DNA of 64,000 nucleotides from Eledone cirrhosa (Eukaryota): assembly GCA_964016885.1 (NCBI GenBank), contig OZ024742.1, positions 41,354,001-41,418,000 on the forward strand. The letters run 5' to 3'. The notes under the pieces are model-generated. The model did no database searches. It saw only the letters and a program-made list of their open reading frames with translations, and had not been told where the DNA came from. Below, piece by piece: positions 39,475-56,157 of the stretch (within the stretch, counting starts at the first letter, position 1; each line of letters opens with the position of its first letter). The translations under genes were made by a program, and so were the position numbers.

Positions 39475-42230
39475 ATTTAGAGCATAACTTAACAAAGGTG
39501 CTTACATAAAATTATTAGCGAAGGATTTTAGATGAAAGGAAATGCTTTACAACAAACAGTTTTATGTTGTAGAAGGGGTGGTTTGATATCAAGAAGGTAA
39601 TCACATTCTTGTTAACCCATCCTACAAAGATATCCTGATCATAGTGAATGGGTTTATTCACGGATGACTGAAACTTGTTTTACTTGAAATTCAATGCAAG
39701 GTTTTGATTGCCTGCTTGAAAAACTATCTGAGAAGAAATATGATCTTACAGTTAACAATGGACAATAACTAGTTAATTGCAGTTGGCACCAAGAAGGGTA
39801 CACAAGCATAAAAGTCTAAAGCAGATGTAAAAATAATAAAAATCATAGATAATGAACAAGATTGGTAAAAGTATTTAACACTTTAATACAATTTCGTCAT
39901 CATCATTTAACATCCATTTTCCATAACAAGGGTTGGATGGAGCTACTGACCAATCACATGAGCCAGGGGCTGCATCTCGCTTACATACAATCCCAGACTT
40001 TACAGGGTGCACTGGGCAAATTTTATCATGGCACTAGCACAAAGAAGGTTGTGCTATCTTTGACATAACTGAAGAGTACCCTTATCCCATTTTTGGCTTG
40101 GTTTCTACAGTTGGGTGCTCACTAACTACCTTACAAGGTGTACTGGGTGCATTTTTCGTGGCACCAGCACTAGAGAGGTTGTCATGCTGTGACTAAGGGG
40201 TCCTCTTCATCTTTTGGAATGGTTTCTATGACTGGAAGCCTTTCCTATCATTGACTCAACTGCCCCACGGAGAAATGGAAAGTATAAAAAAATGATTGAT
40301 AATGAAGGCTGGTAAAAATGCTTTTCACTGTTAACCCTTTTTGTATCAAACCACCCAAACTGTCCCTGGGTCCCTGCAAAAACCTTGTTAATTTGTTCAA
40401 AACATCAACTTAATAACGAGAAAGCTAGTGACATTACAAAATGAATTCTTGAATATTTCCCAAATGATTTGAAAATTTCAAGCAGTCTTTCATTAGATAC
40501 ATAATAATGAAAGGGTTAATTCCAATTCATAATTTAAATTAATTGTCCTCATTCCACTTTGTTCTGATATTGGTGTGCGGGAACTGGAATAATATGTGTT
40601 TATCAGGTAAGACAACACACCATCTGTTTCTATCACACCTCATTATGCTTATCTATTATTCTTATCCCATAAAATTATGTATATTGATATTCCTTCTAAT
40701 CATCTGAGCTACTATCTCCCAGTATTAAACTTATGATCAAAACAGAGTTTCAGTCCACTGGAGGGTGTCATTGCATTTGTAGATTTATTGAGGTTGATCC
40801 AAGTTAAATTTGAAATGTCACAGGTGAGTCCCTGTCATATTATAACTCCTAAATTTAACATTTACCTCGTGTATATATCATTTAACTCTTAATGCCCTGC
40901 ACCACATGATTTCACATTAGCATGACATTCTTGAAAAGTAGAAAACAGTACAATGACTGCATCACACAAAAAAATTTTAAAATTTTTAGTCAAATATTGT
41001 GAATTTTTTACAATGGTCTGTCTACAAGCAAAACTACTATCATCATCATCATTTTAGTCCACTTTTCCCTGCTTGCAAGGGTGGGACAGGAACAATTGAA
41101 TTAACAAACCATTATGGCTACATCACATAAAGATCTGTCAACTAGTTAAGACATTATTAACATTTGAATTAACAAACAACATTAACAAGACATACTTGAA
41201 CGATACCAAAATGTGTCATTCTCCGTTTCCTTTTATCAAAACGCTCTGCTTCATGAACGTGCCATTTATTACTTCGTCCCCAAACCATTCTTCTTGTCTC
41301 TTTTCCCAACCTATACCATGTCCCGACTCAACTCCTCGGACAATTGGTTCTATCATCAGTGGTTATTTTAATGTGCAATTAATTAAACCACTGCTTGTGT
41401 AGTTCTAAATATAATTTTGCGTAGTAAGTTTAAAATTAATGTCAAATATTACATGCGCTTGCATGATTAGAAAACTTTAATGCTTCTCTGACACCAAGAA
41501 TATCAAACATTGTATCGTGGCACCTGCCTGAAAGATTTGTGAAATTCTAAAATTTTCTTAAGATAAATCCTGTCTATCAGTTCTTACTAGAGCCACCACA
41601 TTCTTGTACTCTTTATCCACAAAACATAGACCAACAGAAGTTTAAGATGAACATCAACTATATGAACTGAATAATTTTGGGTGTCTGACCAATAAAAATG
41701 TATTGTTTGGAGAAGAAAAAGATTCGGAGGTTTGGAAAAAGGACATGTCTATGAAGTACGTAAATAAATATATAACTGTTGTGAAACTACTTCTACCAAA
41801 CTCATCCCATTACTAAGTGCTCTACTACTACAGATATAACCCTCCAGTGTTCTATTATTATATATATTGTCATTAACAGAGATAAGTTGTGCGTGCGTGT
41901 GTTTACATATATCATCATCATCAACGTTTAACGTCTATCTTCCACGCTAGCATGGGTTTAGAAAGGAATTGTCCTACTTGAGGCAAGATTGGTCAGGTGA
42001 CCATGTCTCGCTCGTATAGGTCTGTCTGGCAGGTTTTCTACAGCTGGATGCCCTTCCTAACACCAACCACACATATATATATATTCATATATATAGACAT
42101 ATATATTCATATATATACATATATATACATATATATTCATATATATATACATATACATTCATATATATACATACATATATATACATATATTCATATATAT
42201 ACATACATATATATACATATATTCATATAT

Positions 42231-42511
42231 GGAGGCACATGGCTTAGTGGTTAGAGCATTGGCCTTGCAATCGAAAGGTTGTGAGTTCAATTCTCAGTCC
42301 GGGTGATGTGTTGTTTCCTTGAGCAAGACACTTTATTTCACATTGCTCCAGTTTACTCAGCTGTAGAAATGAGATGATAGGGACTGGGGTCCCTATCATT
42401 CCACTGTTAAGAAGGGCATCCAGCTGTAGAAATCAAGCCAGAATCAGTTCCCGTCCCACCCTTGCAAGCAGGGAAAAGTGGACGTAAAATGAAATGATGA
42501 ATGATGATGAT
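42231..42511 (+). mobile_element. tRNA-derived SINE (family A) with internal deletion
   Basis: Same head and tail as the copy at 11447. Confidence 0.9.
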
Positions 42512-42632
42512 ACATATATATTCATATATATATACATATATATAAGCAAATTATAAATGTAAACATGTAAGAATGTTTTTGAAACGGTGCGCGAGTTTGA
42601 AAATTAGAAATTAAAAATTATAAGCTTTCACC

Positions 42633-42924
42633 GTATTTTAGACTAAAGACATTTCTAGCCTGATAGTGGGGTTTATAACCCTCGGAGAAATGGAAAAAGA
42701 TGAGTGTTGCCGTACATGGGAGTCAAATCCTCATCTTTGGTTATCCAGACCAATGTGCTACCATTACACCAATACACATCCCATGGATGGTGTAATGGTA
42801 GCACATTGGTCTGGATAACCAAAGATGAGGGTTTGACTCCCATGTACGGCAACACTCATTTTTTCCATTTCTCCGAGGGTTATAAACTCCACTATCAGGC
42901 TAGAAATTTCTTTAGTCTAAATAC
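42633..42924. repeat. ~290-bp palindrome made of two divergent tRNA-like heads
   Basis: Arms 42633-42771 and 42788-42924. Each has TGGTGTAATGGT (A box) and G(G/A)TTTGACTCC (B box). Confidence 0.85.
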
Positions 42925-43144
42925 ATTTCTAATACATATATATGAATATATATATACATATATATGAATATATATATACATATATATGAATATATATATA
43001 CATATATATGAATATATATATACATATATATGAATATATATATACATATATATGAATATATATACATATATATGAATATATATACACATATATATATATA
43101 TACAGATATATACATACATATATACAGATATATACATATATATA

Positions 43145-43986
43145 GAGTACTGTAGCTAGAGTCCGAACGGGATGGAAAAAGTTCAGAGGGCTTATATCAC
43201 TATTGGTCGCTAAAGGTTTCTCTCTAAAAATAAAAGGCAGGCTGTATGAAGCCTGCATACGAACAGCGATGTTACATGGCAGTGAGACATGGGCATTGTG
43301 TGCAGAGGATCTACGCAGACTGGAGAGGAACGAAGCTTGCATGCTCCGTTGGATGTGTAATAGTAATATATGCGAATGGCAAAGGATAAATGAACTAAGT
43401 CAGAAATTAGGAATAAGAGGAATCAGATGTTGTTTACTCGAGAGAAGACTACGTTGGTACGGTCACGTGATGCGCATGAAAGAGGACAGCTGTATAAAAA
43501 AGTGCAGGGCAATCAAAATAGACGGCAACTACGGAGTAAGCAGACCCAGAAAAACCTGGAACGACTTGATAAATTCTGACCTCACACACTTACACCTCTC
43601 CAAGACAATGTCACTGGACCAAGATCTTTGGCGCTACGTAGTAATACAGAAGACCTGCCTTGCCTAAGTACAAAGTGACCTACAGTCAGTAGGCACCTCT
43701 TAACCAAAATACACCCCCGTTCCACTAACCCCACCCCCACCGCCATCTACACCACCCCTTTTGATGTAAAGCTATGTTGGTACCACAATATCCAGCCCTG
43801 TAGGTAACATGGTAAAAACCTCCCAGTCCACACTGTAAACGTGGTTCGTGTTAGGAAGGGCATCCAGTCGTAGAAAACCCGCCAGACAGTCCTGAGCAAG
43901 ACAACCAATTTTGCCTCAAGTGGGACAATACCCGTCCAGACCCATGCTAGCGTGGAAAATGGACGTTAAATAATGATGATGATGAT
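43145..43986 (+). mobile_element. 5'-truncated RTE LINE (3' end)
   Basis: ORF 43203-43667 ([20 protein letters not shown]) and (ATG)n tail. Confidence 0.9.
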
Positions 43987-44154
43987 GGTACATACATATA
44001 TATGCATATATACACACATATATATATACATACATATATACACATATATACATACATATATACATATATATACATACATATATACATATATATACATACA
44101 TATATACATATACATATATATATATACAGACATATACATCATCATCATCATCAC

Positions 44155-44700
44155 CGTTTTAATACATATTAACATTTTCTTTCCATCGCACATATTATTA
44201 AACCCTTAAATATTATTCTTAATACATATTAACATTTTCTTTTCATCGCACGTATTATTAAACCCTTAAATATACAAACCTTAACTTTACATTATTTTTC
44301 CCTTCGTTAATTTTCAAATTCTTTTAATTTATACATTATCTTCCAACGGTTTTTCAACCTCTCTATGTAAAACAATATATTTTCTCAGTTATAAAAGCTA
44401 TCTCTCTCTCTCTATCACCCATCTCTCCTCCTATCTCCTCCTTCCTCATTATACTCCTCCCCCTTCACTTTTTACTCTCATCTCCTCCTCTTTTTCACCC
44501 CCCAATATCACACATCAATCTAAAACTACTTTTCATATGTTGATTTAAAACTGCACTATCCACAAGTGTTTTTTAACCTTCATATCATGTCTTCCTATTT
44601 TATATGATGAAAACACAAATGTTATTGCATGATGATATTTGTTTTTGAAATGCGCATAATAAAATACATGGAACTCTTTTAACCATCTTTTGATTTTATA
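44155..44700 (+). mobile_element. pLTR-like mini-element with a mutated hammerhead (44597-44666)
   Basis: Reverse-orientation homologue of 51199-51605. Core reads ATGATGA instead of CTGATGA. Confidence 0.8.
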
Positions 44701-44735
44701 TATTATATATACATATATATACATATATACATATA

Positions 44736-46752
44736 GAGGAGAATGCATGGGAAGAAGAGACCCTACCCCACGTAGACCCTATAGAGGGACCAGCAGTACA
44801 AGTCAGCGGCAGCGTAGTAAGTAAGGCAATCAGAGATATGAAGATAGGGAAGGCAACCGGTCCATCGGGTATAGCTGCCGAGATGCTGAAGGCATCTGGG
44901 TCTGTAGGTCACACTATAACCACACGTATCGTTAACCAGGTAATACTAGAGGGGGCCATACCAAAAGATTGGTGCAGTAGCATCATTGTCAACTGCTACA
45001 AAGGTAAAGGCGATGCACTAGATAGAGGAAACTATAGAGGTATAAAGTTGATGGACCAGGTCATGAAAGTAACAGAAAGAGTTATAGCACAGCTGATTAG
45101 GGACCGGGTGAATATAGACGAGATGCAATTTGGGTTTGTACCAGGGAAAGGCACCACTGATGCCCTCTTCCTTGTGAGGCAATTACAGGAAAAGTACCTA
45201 GCTAAAAGTAAGCCACTCTACTTGGCATTTGTCGACCTTGAGAAAGCCTTTGACAGAGTTCCACGTGCAGTAATCTGGTGGGCTCTTAGAAAACTAGGAG
45301 TAGATGAATGGCTTGTGAAAGCGGTACAAGCCATGTATAGGGGAGCAGTCAGCAAAGTTAGGATTGGCAATGAGTATAGCGAGGAATTTAGCGTACAGGT
45401 TGGGGTCCACCAGGGCTCTGTTCTTAGCCCTCTCCTGTTCATCATAGTCCTGCAGGCAATAACGGAGGAGTTTAAGACCGGATGCCCATGGGAACTCCTG
45501 TATGCTGATGACCTCGCACTCATAGCTGAATCTATGGTAGAACTAGAGAATAAATTCCAAACCTGGAAGCAGGGACTAGAGAGAAAGGGCCTCAAAGTCA
45601 ACATGACAAAGACTAAGGTCCTTGTAAGTAGACGAGAAAACAGAACCCAGATCCCCTCAGGGAAATGGCCTTGCTCAGTATGTAGGAAAGGTGTAGGTAG
45701 GAACTCCATTCTCTGCCCCAAATGCAAACAATGGGTACACAAGAGATGTAGCGGGATCTCAGGAAGCTTAATTAAGAATGTAGGATTCACATGCAGCAGC
45801 TGTGCTGAAACAGCAAGCAAACAGCCACAGGAAACAAGTACCACCAATCTCTGGGAGGGCCCTGTAGAAACAGTAGACAGCTTCTGCTACCTAGGTGACC
45901 GAATTAGCAACGGAGGTGGGTGCTCAGAAAGTACAATAACTAGGGTAAGAACGGGATGGAAGAAGTTTAGGGAACTACTACCACTGCTAGCTGCAAAAGG
46001 CTTCTCCCTCAGAATGAAAGGCAGACTGTATGATGCGTGTATCCGAACAGCGATGTTGCATGGTAGTGAGACCTGGGCGCTGAAGGTGGAAGACTTACGT
46101 AGATTAGAGAGAAACGAAGCCTGCATGCTCCGATGGATGTGTAACAGTAATATACGTGAACGACAAAGCATAAAGGAATTGAGAGAGAGACTGAGCATAA
46201 GAGGAATCAAATGCTGCGTGCAGGAGAGGCGGTTACGCTGGTATGGACATGTGATGCGTATGAAGGATGACAGCTGCATAAAAAGGTGCAGAGCACTAGA
46301 AGTTGATGGAAACCGCGGAGTGGGGAGACCCAAGATGACTTGGGATGAGGTGATAAAAGCCGACCTTACCCAACTACACCTCTCAAAGTCAATGACACAC
46401 GACCGTGACTTCTGGCGTCACGCAGTAATACAGGGTACCCGACCTCCCATGGGTACATGCTGAAGCATATAAACAATATGCCCCCCCCCCCACCGCAAGG
46501 TGGCCGTGGAGGTGCCACGGCAAAAAAGCACCCAGCCCACACTGTAAAGTGGACGTGTAGGCGCCACGAAAAAGCACCCAGCACTCACTGTAAATGAGGT
46601 TGGTGTTAGGAAGGGCATCCAGCTGTAGAAATCAAGCCAGATCAGTTCCTGTATGAGCAAGGCATGGTCAGCCGACCAGACACTGCCCACAACAGGACAA
46701 CCCGTCTAACCCATGCTAGCGTGGAAGAACGGACGTAAAACGGTGATGATGA
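44736..46752 (+). mobile_element. 5'-truncated RTE LINE with an intact RT-PHD ORF (44838-46463)
   Basis: Uninterrupted 541-aa RT ORF with YADD, followed by a 3' UTR and (GAT)n tail. Confidence 0.95.
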
Positions 46753-48037
46753 TGCCCATGGGAACTCCTGTATGCTGATGACCTCGCACTCATAGCTGAA
46801 TCTATGGTAGAACTAGAGAATAAATTCCAAACCTGGAAGCAGGGACTAGAGAGAAAGGGCCTCAAAGTCAACATGACAAAGACTAAGGTCCTTATAAGTA
46901 GACGAGAAAACAGAACCCAGATCCCCTCAGGGAAATGGCCTTGCTCAGTATGTAGGAAAGGTGTAGGTAGGAACTCCATTCTCTGCCCCAAATGCAAACA
47001 ATGGGTACACAAGAGATGTAGCGGGATCTCAGGAAGCTTAATTAAGAATGTAGGATTCACATGCAGCAGCTGTGCTGAAACAGCAAGCAAACAGCCACAG
47101 GAAACAAGTACCACCAATCTCTGGGAGGGCCCTGTAGAAACAGTAGACAGCTTCTGCTACCTAGGTGACCGAATTAGCAACGGAGGTGGGTGCTCAGAAA
47201 GTACAATAACTAGGGTAAGAACGGGATGGAAGAAGTTTAGGGAACTACTACCACTGCTAGCTGCAAAAGGCTTCTCCTTCAGAATGAAAGGCAGACTGTA
47301 TGATGCGTGTATCCGAACAGTGATGTTGCATGGTAGTGAGACCTGGGCGCTGAAGGTGGAAGACTTACGTAGATTAGAGAGAAACGAAGCCTGCATGCTC
47401 CGATGGATGTGTAACAGTAATATACGTGAACGACAAAGCATAATTGAATTGAGAGAGAGACTGAGCATAAGAGGAATCAAATGCTGCGTGCAGGAGAGGC
47501 GGTTACACTGGTATGGACATGTGATGCGTATGAAGGATGACAGCTGCATAAAAAGGTGCAGAGCACTAGAAGTTGATGGAAACCGTGGAGTGGGGAGACC
47601 CAAGATGACTTGGGATGAGGTGATAAAAGCCGACCTTACCCAACTACACCTCTCAAAGTCAATGACACACGACCGTGACTTCTGGCGTCACGCAGTAATA
47701 CAGGGTACCCGACCTCCCATGGGTACATGCTGAAGCATATAAACAATATGCCCCCACTCCCCCCACCGCAAGGTGGTCGTGGAGGTGCCACGGCAAAAAA
47801 GCACCCAGCCCACACTGTAAAGTGGACGTGTAGGCGCCACGAAAAAGCACCCAGCACTCACTGTAAATGAGGTTGGTGTTAGGAAGGGCATCCAGCTGTA
47901 GAAATCAAGCCAGATCAGTTCCTGTATGAGCAAGGCATAGTCAGCCGACCAGACACTGCCCACAACAGGACAACCCGTCTAACCCATGCTAGCGTGGAAG
48001 AACGGACGTAAAACGGTGATGATGATGATGATGATGA
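46751..48037 (+). mobile_element. Tandem duplicate of the last ~1.27 kb of the preceding RTE
   Basis: Nearly identical to 45481-46750. Confidence 0.93.
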
Positions 48038-48092
48038 TATATATATACACACATATATATATATATATATATACACATATATATATATATAT

Positions 48093-48612
48093 ACATAACT
48101 TTGAATAACTTTGAAATGTTTTGGCCAGTATTGGCCCAGGCCATGTCTAACTTAATAGCACCACCTGGCGAAGTCTTTCAATTCAGGATTTGGGCACCAT
48201 GGCCCATTCGAGAAGAGAATTACTGTTTGCGGAGACATATCCAGGTGTGGGTGGTTTGTCCGGGATTACTTGGAGGAATTTGTCCAAAGACTTCTTGAAT
48301 TTTGTGTGGTCAGTTTCTGTTTTGACGTGTCCTGGGCCGATTGAGGTGAAATAATTGTGCCGTATTGTTGTTATGAGTTGCGATTTAGATTTTTGTATGG
48401 GACGGATAGCACGGGGTCCAAGCCTTGGGTGTATCTTGAAGGTGATGCCAACATCATTTGGGCAGTGATGATGGAACATTTTCCACATCATGCAGATAAT
48501 ATAACGCTCACGGCGACGTTGGAGTGAGTAAAGTTTCAGCTTTTCTAGTCGACCCCAGTAGTCAAGGTCTGACATGCCATCTATCTTTATCGTGATTGCC
48601 CTTTGAGGAGCT
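48093..48612 (-). mobile_element. CR1-type LINE 3' fragment
   Basis: QRAIT...[20 protein letters not shown]...FKKSLDKFL...PDKP, with a (TTCAAAGTTA)2 tail. Confidence 0.88.
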
Positions 48613-48615
48613 TCA

Positions 48616-50641
<2,026 letters not shown>

Positions 50642-50841
50642 NNNNNNNNNNNNNNNNNNNNNNNNNNNNNNNNNNNNNNNNNNNNNNNNNNNNNNNNNNN
50701 NNNNNNNNNNNNNNNNNNNNNNNNNNNNNNNNNNNNNNNNNNNNNNNNNNNNNNNNNNNNNNNNNNNNNNNNNNNNNNNNNNNNNNNNNNNNNNNNNNNN
50801 NNNNNNNNNNNNNNNNNNNNNNNNNNNNNNNNNNNNNNNNN
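50642..50841. other. Assembly gap (200 N)
   Basis: Run of N. Confidence 0.99.
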
Positions 50842-51098
50842 TGCAGTTTTAAATCAACATATGAAAAGTAGTTTTAGATTGATGTGTGATATTGGGAAAA
50901 AATATTTTATTTAGAGAGGGGGGGGGTGGAAAGGATGAAAAAAGGGGAGGAGATGAGAGTGAAGGTGGAGAGGGAGAGATGGGTGATAGAGAGAAAGAGA
51001 TATTATTGCATGATGATGTTTGTTTTTGAAATGCGCATAATAAAATACATGGAACTCCTTTAACCATCTTTTGATCTTAATATATATATATATATATA

Positions 51099-51180
<82 letters not shown>

Positions 51181-51198
51181 TATATATATATATATATA

Positions 51199-51796
51199 TA
51201 AGATCAAAAGATGGTTAAAGGAGTTCCATGTATTTTATTATGCGCATTTCAAAAACAAACATCATCATGCAATAATATTTGTGTTTTCATCAGATAAAAC
51301 AGGAGAACATGATATGAAGGCTAAAAAACACTTGTGGATAGTGCAGTTTTAAATCAACATATGAAAAGTAGTTTTAGATTGATGTGTGATATTGGGAAAA
51401 AATACTTTATTTAGAGAGGGGGGGGGGAAAGGATGAAAAAAGGGGAGGAGATGAGAGTGAAGGTGGAGAGGGAGAGATGGGTGATAGAGAGAAAGAGATA
51501 GTTTTTATAACTGAGAGAAGATATATTGTTTTACATAGAGAGGTTGAAAACCGTTGGAAGATAATGTATAAATTAAAAGAATTTGAAAATTAACGAAGGG
51601 AAAAATATGTACGAGGAAAAAATATTTTATTTAGAGAGGGGGGGGGGGAGGATGAAAAAAGGGGAGGAGATGGGAGTGAAGGTGGAGAGGGAGAGATGGG
51701 TGATAGAGAGAAAGAGATATTATTGCATGATGATGTTTGTTTTTGAAATGCGCATAATAAAATACATGGAACTCCTTTAACCATCTTTTGATCTTA
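51199..51796 (-). mobile_element. ~600-bp hammerhead mini-element with ~80-bp terminal inverted repeats; partial copies at 50842-51079 and 54392-54478
   Basis: TAAGATCAAAAGATGGTTAAAGG...CAATAATA at 51199-51278, with its complement at ~51720-51796. (TA)n on both sides. Confidence 0.85.
51232..51300 (-). ncRNA. Type I hammerhead ribozyme with palindromic stem III
   Basis: GTTTTAT-CTGATGA-AAACACAAATATTATTGCATGATGATGTTTGTTTTT-GAAA-TGCGCA-TA^-ATAAAAT. 7-bp stem I, long stem II, fully canonical core. Confidence 0.88.
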
Positions 51797-51812
51797 TATA
51801 TATATATATATA

Positions 51813-52024
<212 letters not shown>

Positions 52025-52026
52025 TA

Positions 52027-52085
<59 letters not shown>

Positions 52086-52086
<1 letters not shown>

Positions 52087-53286
52087 CGGCGATGAATTAG
52101 TTTTGCGAGGTTTTTTATATGAAATCGTGTGTCGAAACAGATATTGTTATATTTGGGGAGGGTCATATTTGCGTAATATTGCCAGAATTAATAACAGAAC
52201 ACACTCACTGTTTGGTTGGTTTTCGCTTCTCGCTGTCTTTTATATATATATATATCTGCGATCTAACTTACTCGGTCCTCAATGTTGCCATTGACTGACC
52301 GGCGGTCAAAAATAATACAGATACAATATAGACACAAACACATATATATAGTTTACATAATTTACATAAATCTTTCGTTGCACATCTGCAACATCGTCAG
52401 TGGTGTTATATTCATTGTTCCTCCTGTTGTGTTGTATGTCTACGCCATTTTTTTTGTTCAGTCTGTCTATATATTTATTTATTTATTTGCTTGTTTGTTT
52501 ATCTTATTTTGTCTTCTTTGCGCATGCGTTTGCGTGTGTGTATAGTGTTATGTGTGATGTGTGACTAGTGTGTATAGTGTTGTGTCTGCTGGGTGACTAG
52601 TGTGTGTTTATGTGCTTGTGTATGTATTTATTTATCTTATTTTATTTAATTTTATTTACTTATTTATACTTCTCTTAGGTCAGTGTTGTTTGTTTGGGTG
52701 TTGTTGTTGTTCCACTCATTCTTTCTGTTTAGCTTTGGTCTTCTAATTTATATTTCACTGGCCTCTCTGATTTGCCTATCTGCTGGGTCATTCCTATGTT
52801 TAGATATTATTCTAATTTCTATGTTGTCTATGTTACCGTCATGTTGTTGTCTAGCATGTTCGTATAGTACTGACCCGTTTTTTCGTCCTTTTAGTTCCCC
52901 CCAGTGTTGGTCTATCCTTTCACCTATGCTACGAGCTGTCTCACCTATGTATGTTGTTGTCATGTTTCTGAACAAAAAAAATGGCGTAGACATACAACAC
53001 AACAGGAGGAACAATGAATATAACACCACTGACGATGTTGCAGATGTGCAACGAAAGATTTATGTAAATTATGTAAACTATATATATGTGTTTGTGTCTA
53101 TATTGTATCTGTATTATTTTTGAACGCCGGTCAGTCAATGGCAACATTGAGGACCGAGTAAGTTAGATCGCAGATATATATATATAAAAGACAGCGAGAA
53201 GCGAAAACCAACCAAACAGTGAGTGTGTTCTGTTATTAATTCTGGCAATATTACGCAAATATGACCCTTCCCAAATATAACAATAT
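52086..53286 (-). mobile_element. 5'-truncated Penelope-like element: GIY-YIG fragment between inverted ~320-bp pLTRs
   Basis: YIGETARSIGERIDQH...LYEH...RQIREASEI (52748-52965). Arms 52141-52461 and 52968-53286. Confidence 0.88.
53024..53066 (+). ncRNA. Hammerhead motif in the pLTR; element-sense copy on the - strand at ~52363-52405
   Basis: CTGACGA-t-GTTGCA-gatg-TGCAAC-GAAA-GATT-TA. Core and stem II are clear, stem I is weak. Confidence 0.65.
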
Positions 53287-55833
<2,547 letters not shown>

Positions 55834-56157
55834 ATCTCTTTTACTCTTTTACTCTTTTACCTGTTTCAGCCATCCGGCTGAGGCCATGCTGGGGCACCGC
55901 CCTTGTTGCTACACATTTTATCTCCAGTCCAGCCTGTATAGGTTGGCCACTGGTGTAGGAGGGAGTTTGTTGCTGCTGCCCTTCGGTTTCCCTCGTGTCT
56001 TGCTGTGGGCTCATCCGGGATCCTGGATAACAAGGTGTCGAGATGTTTCTTAAAGACATCCACCTCCACGTCATGCAAGTCTCGCAGATGCCTCGGCAGC
56101 CTGTTGAAGAGTTGAGGGCCCTTGAATCCCAGGCTATTGCAATACCTGCTCCTTATT

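Noticed and set aside
41290-41366. Minus-strand CTGATGA followed by a hairpin
   Set aside because: GAAA is not adjacent to the stem base and stems I/III do not form.
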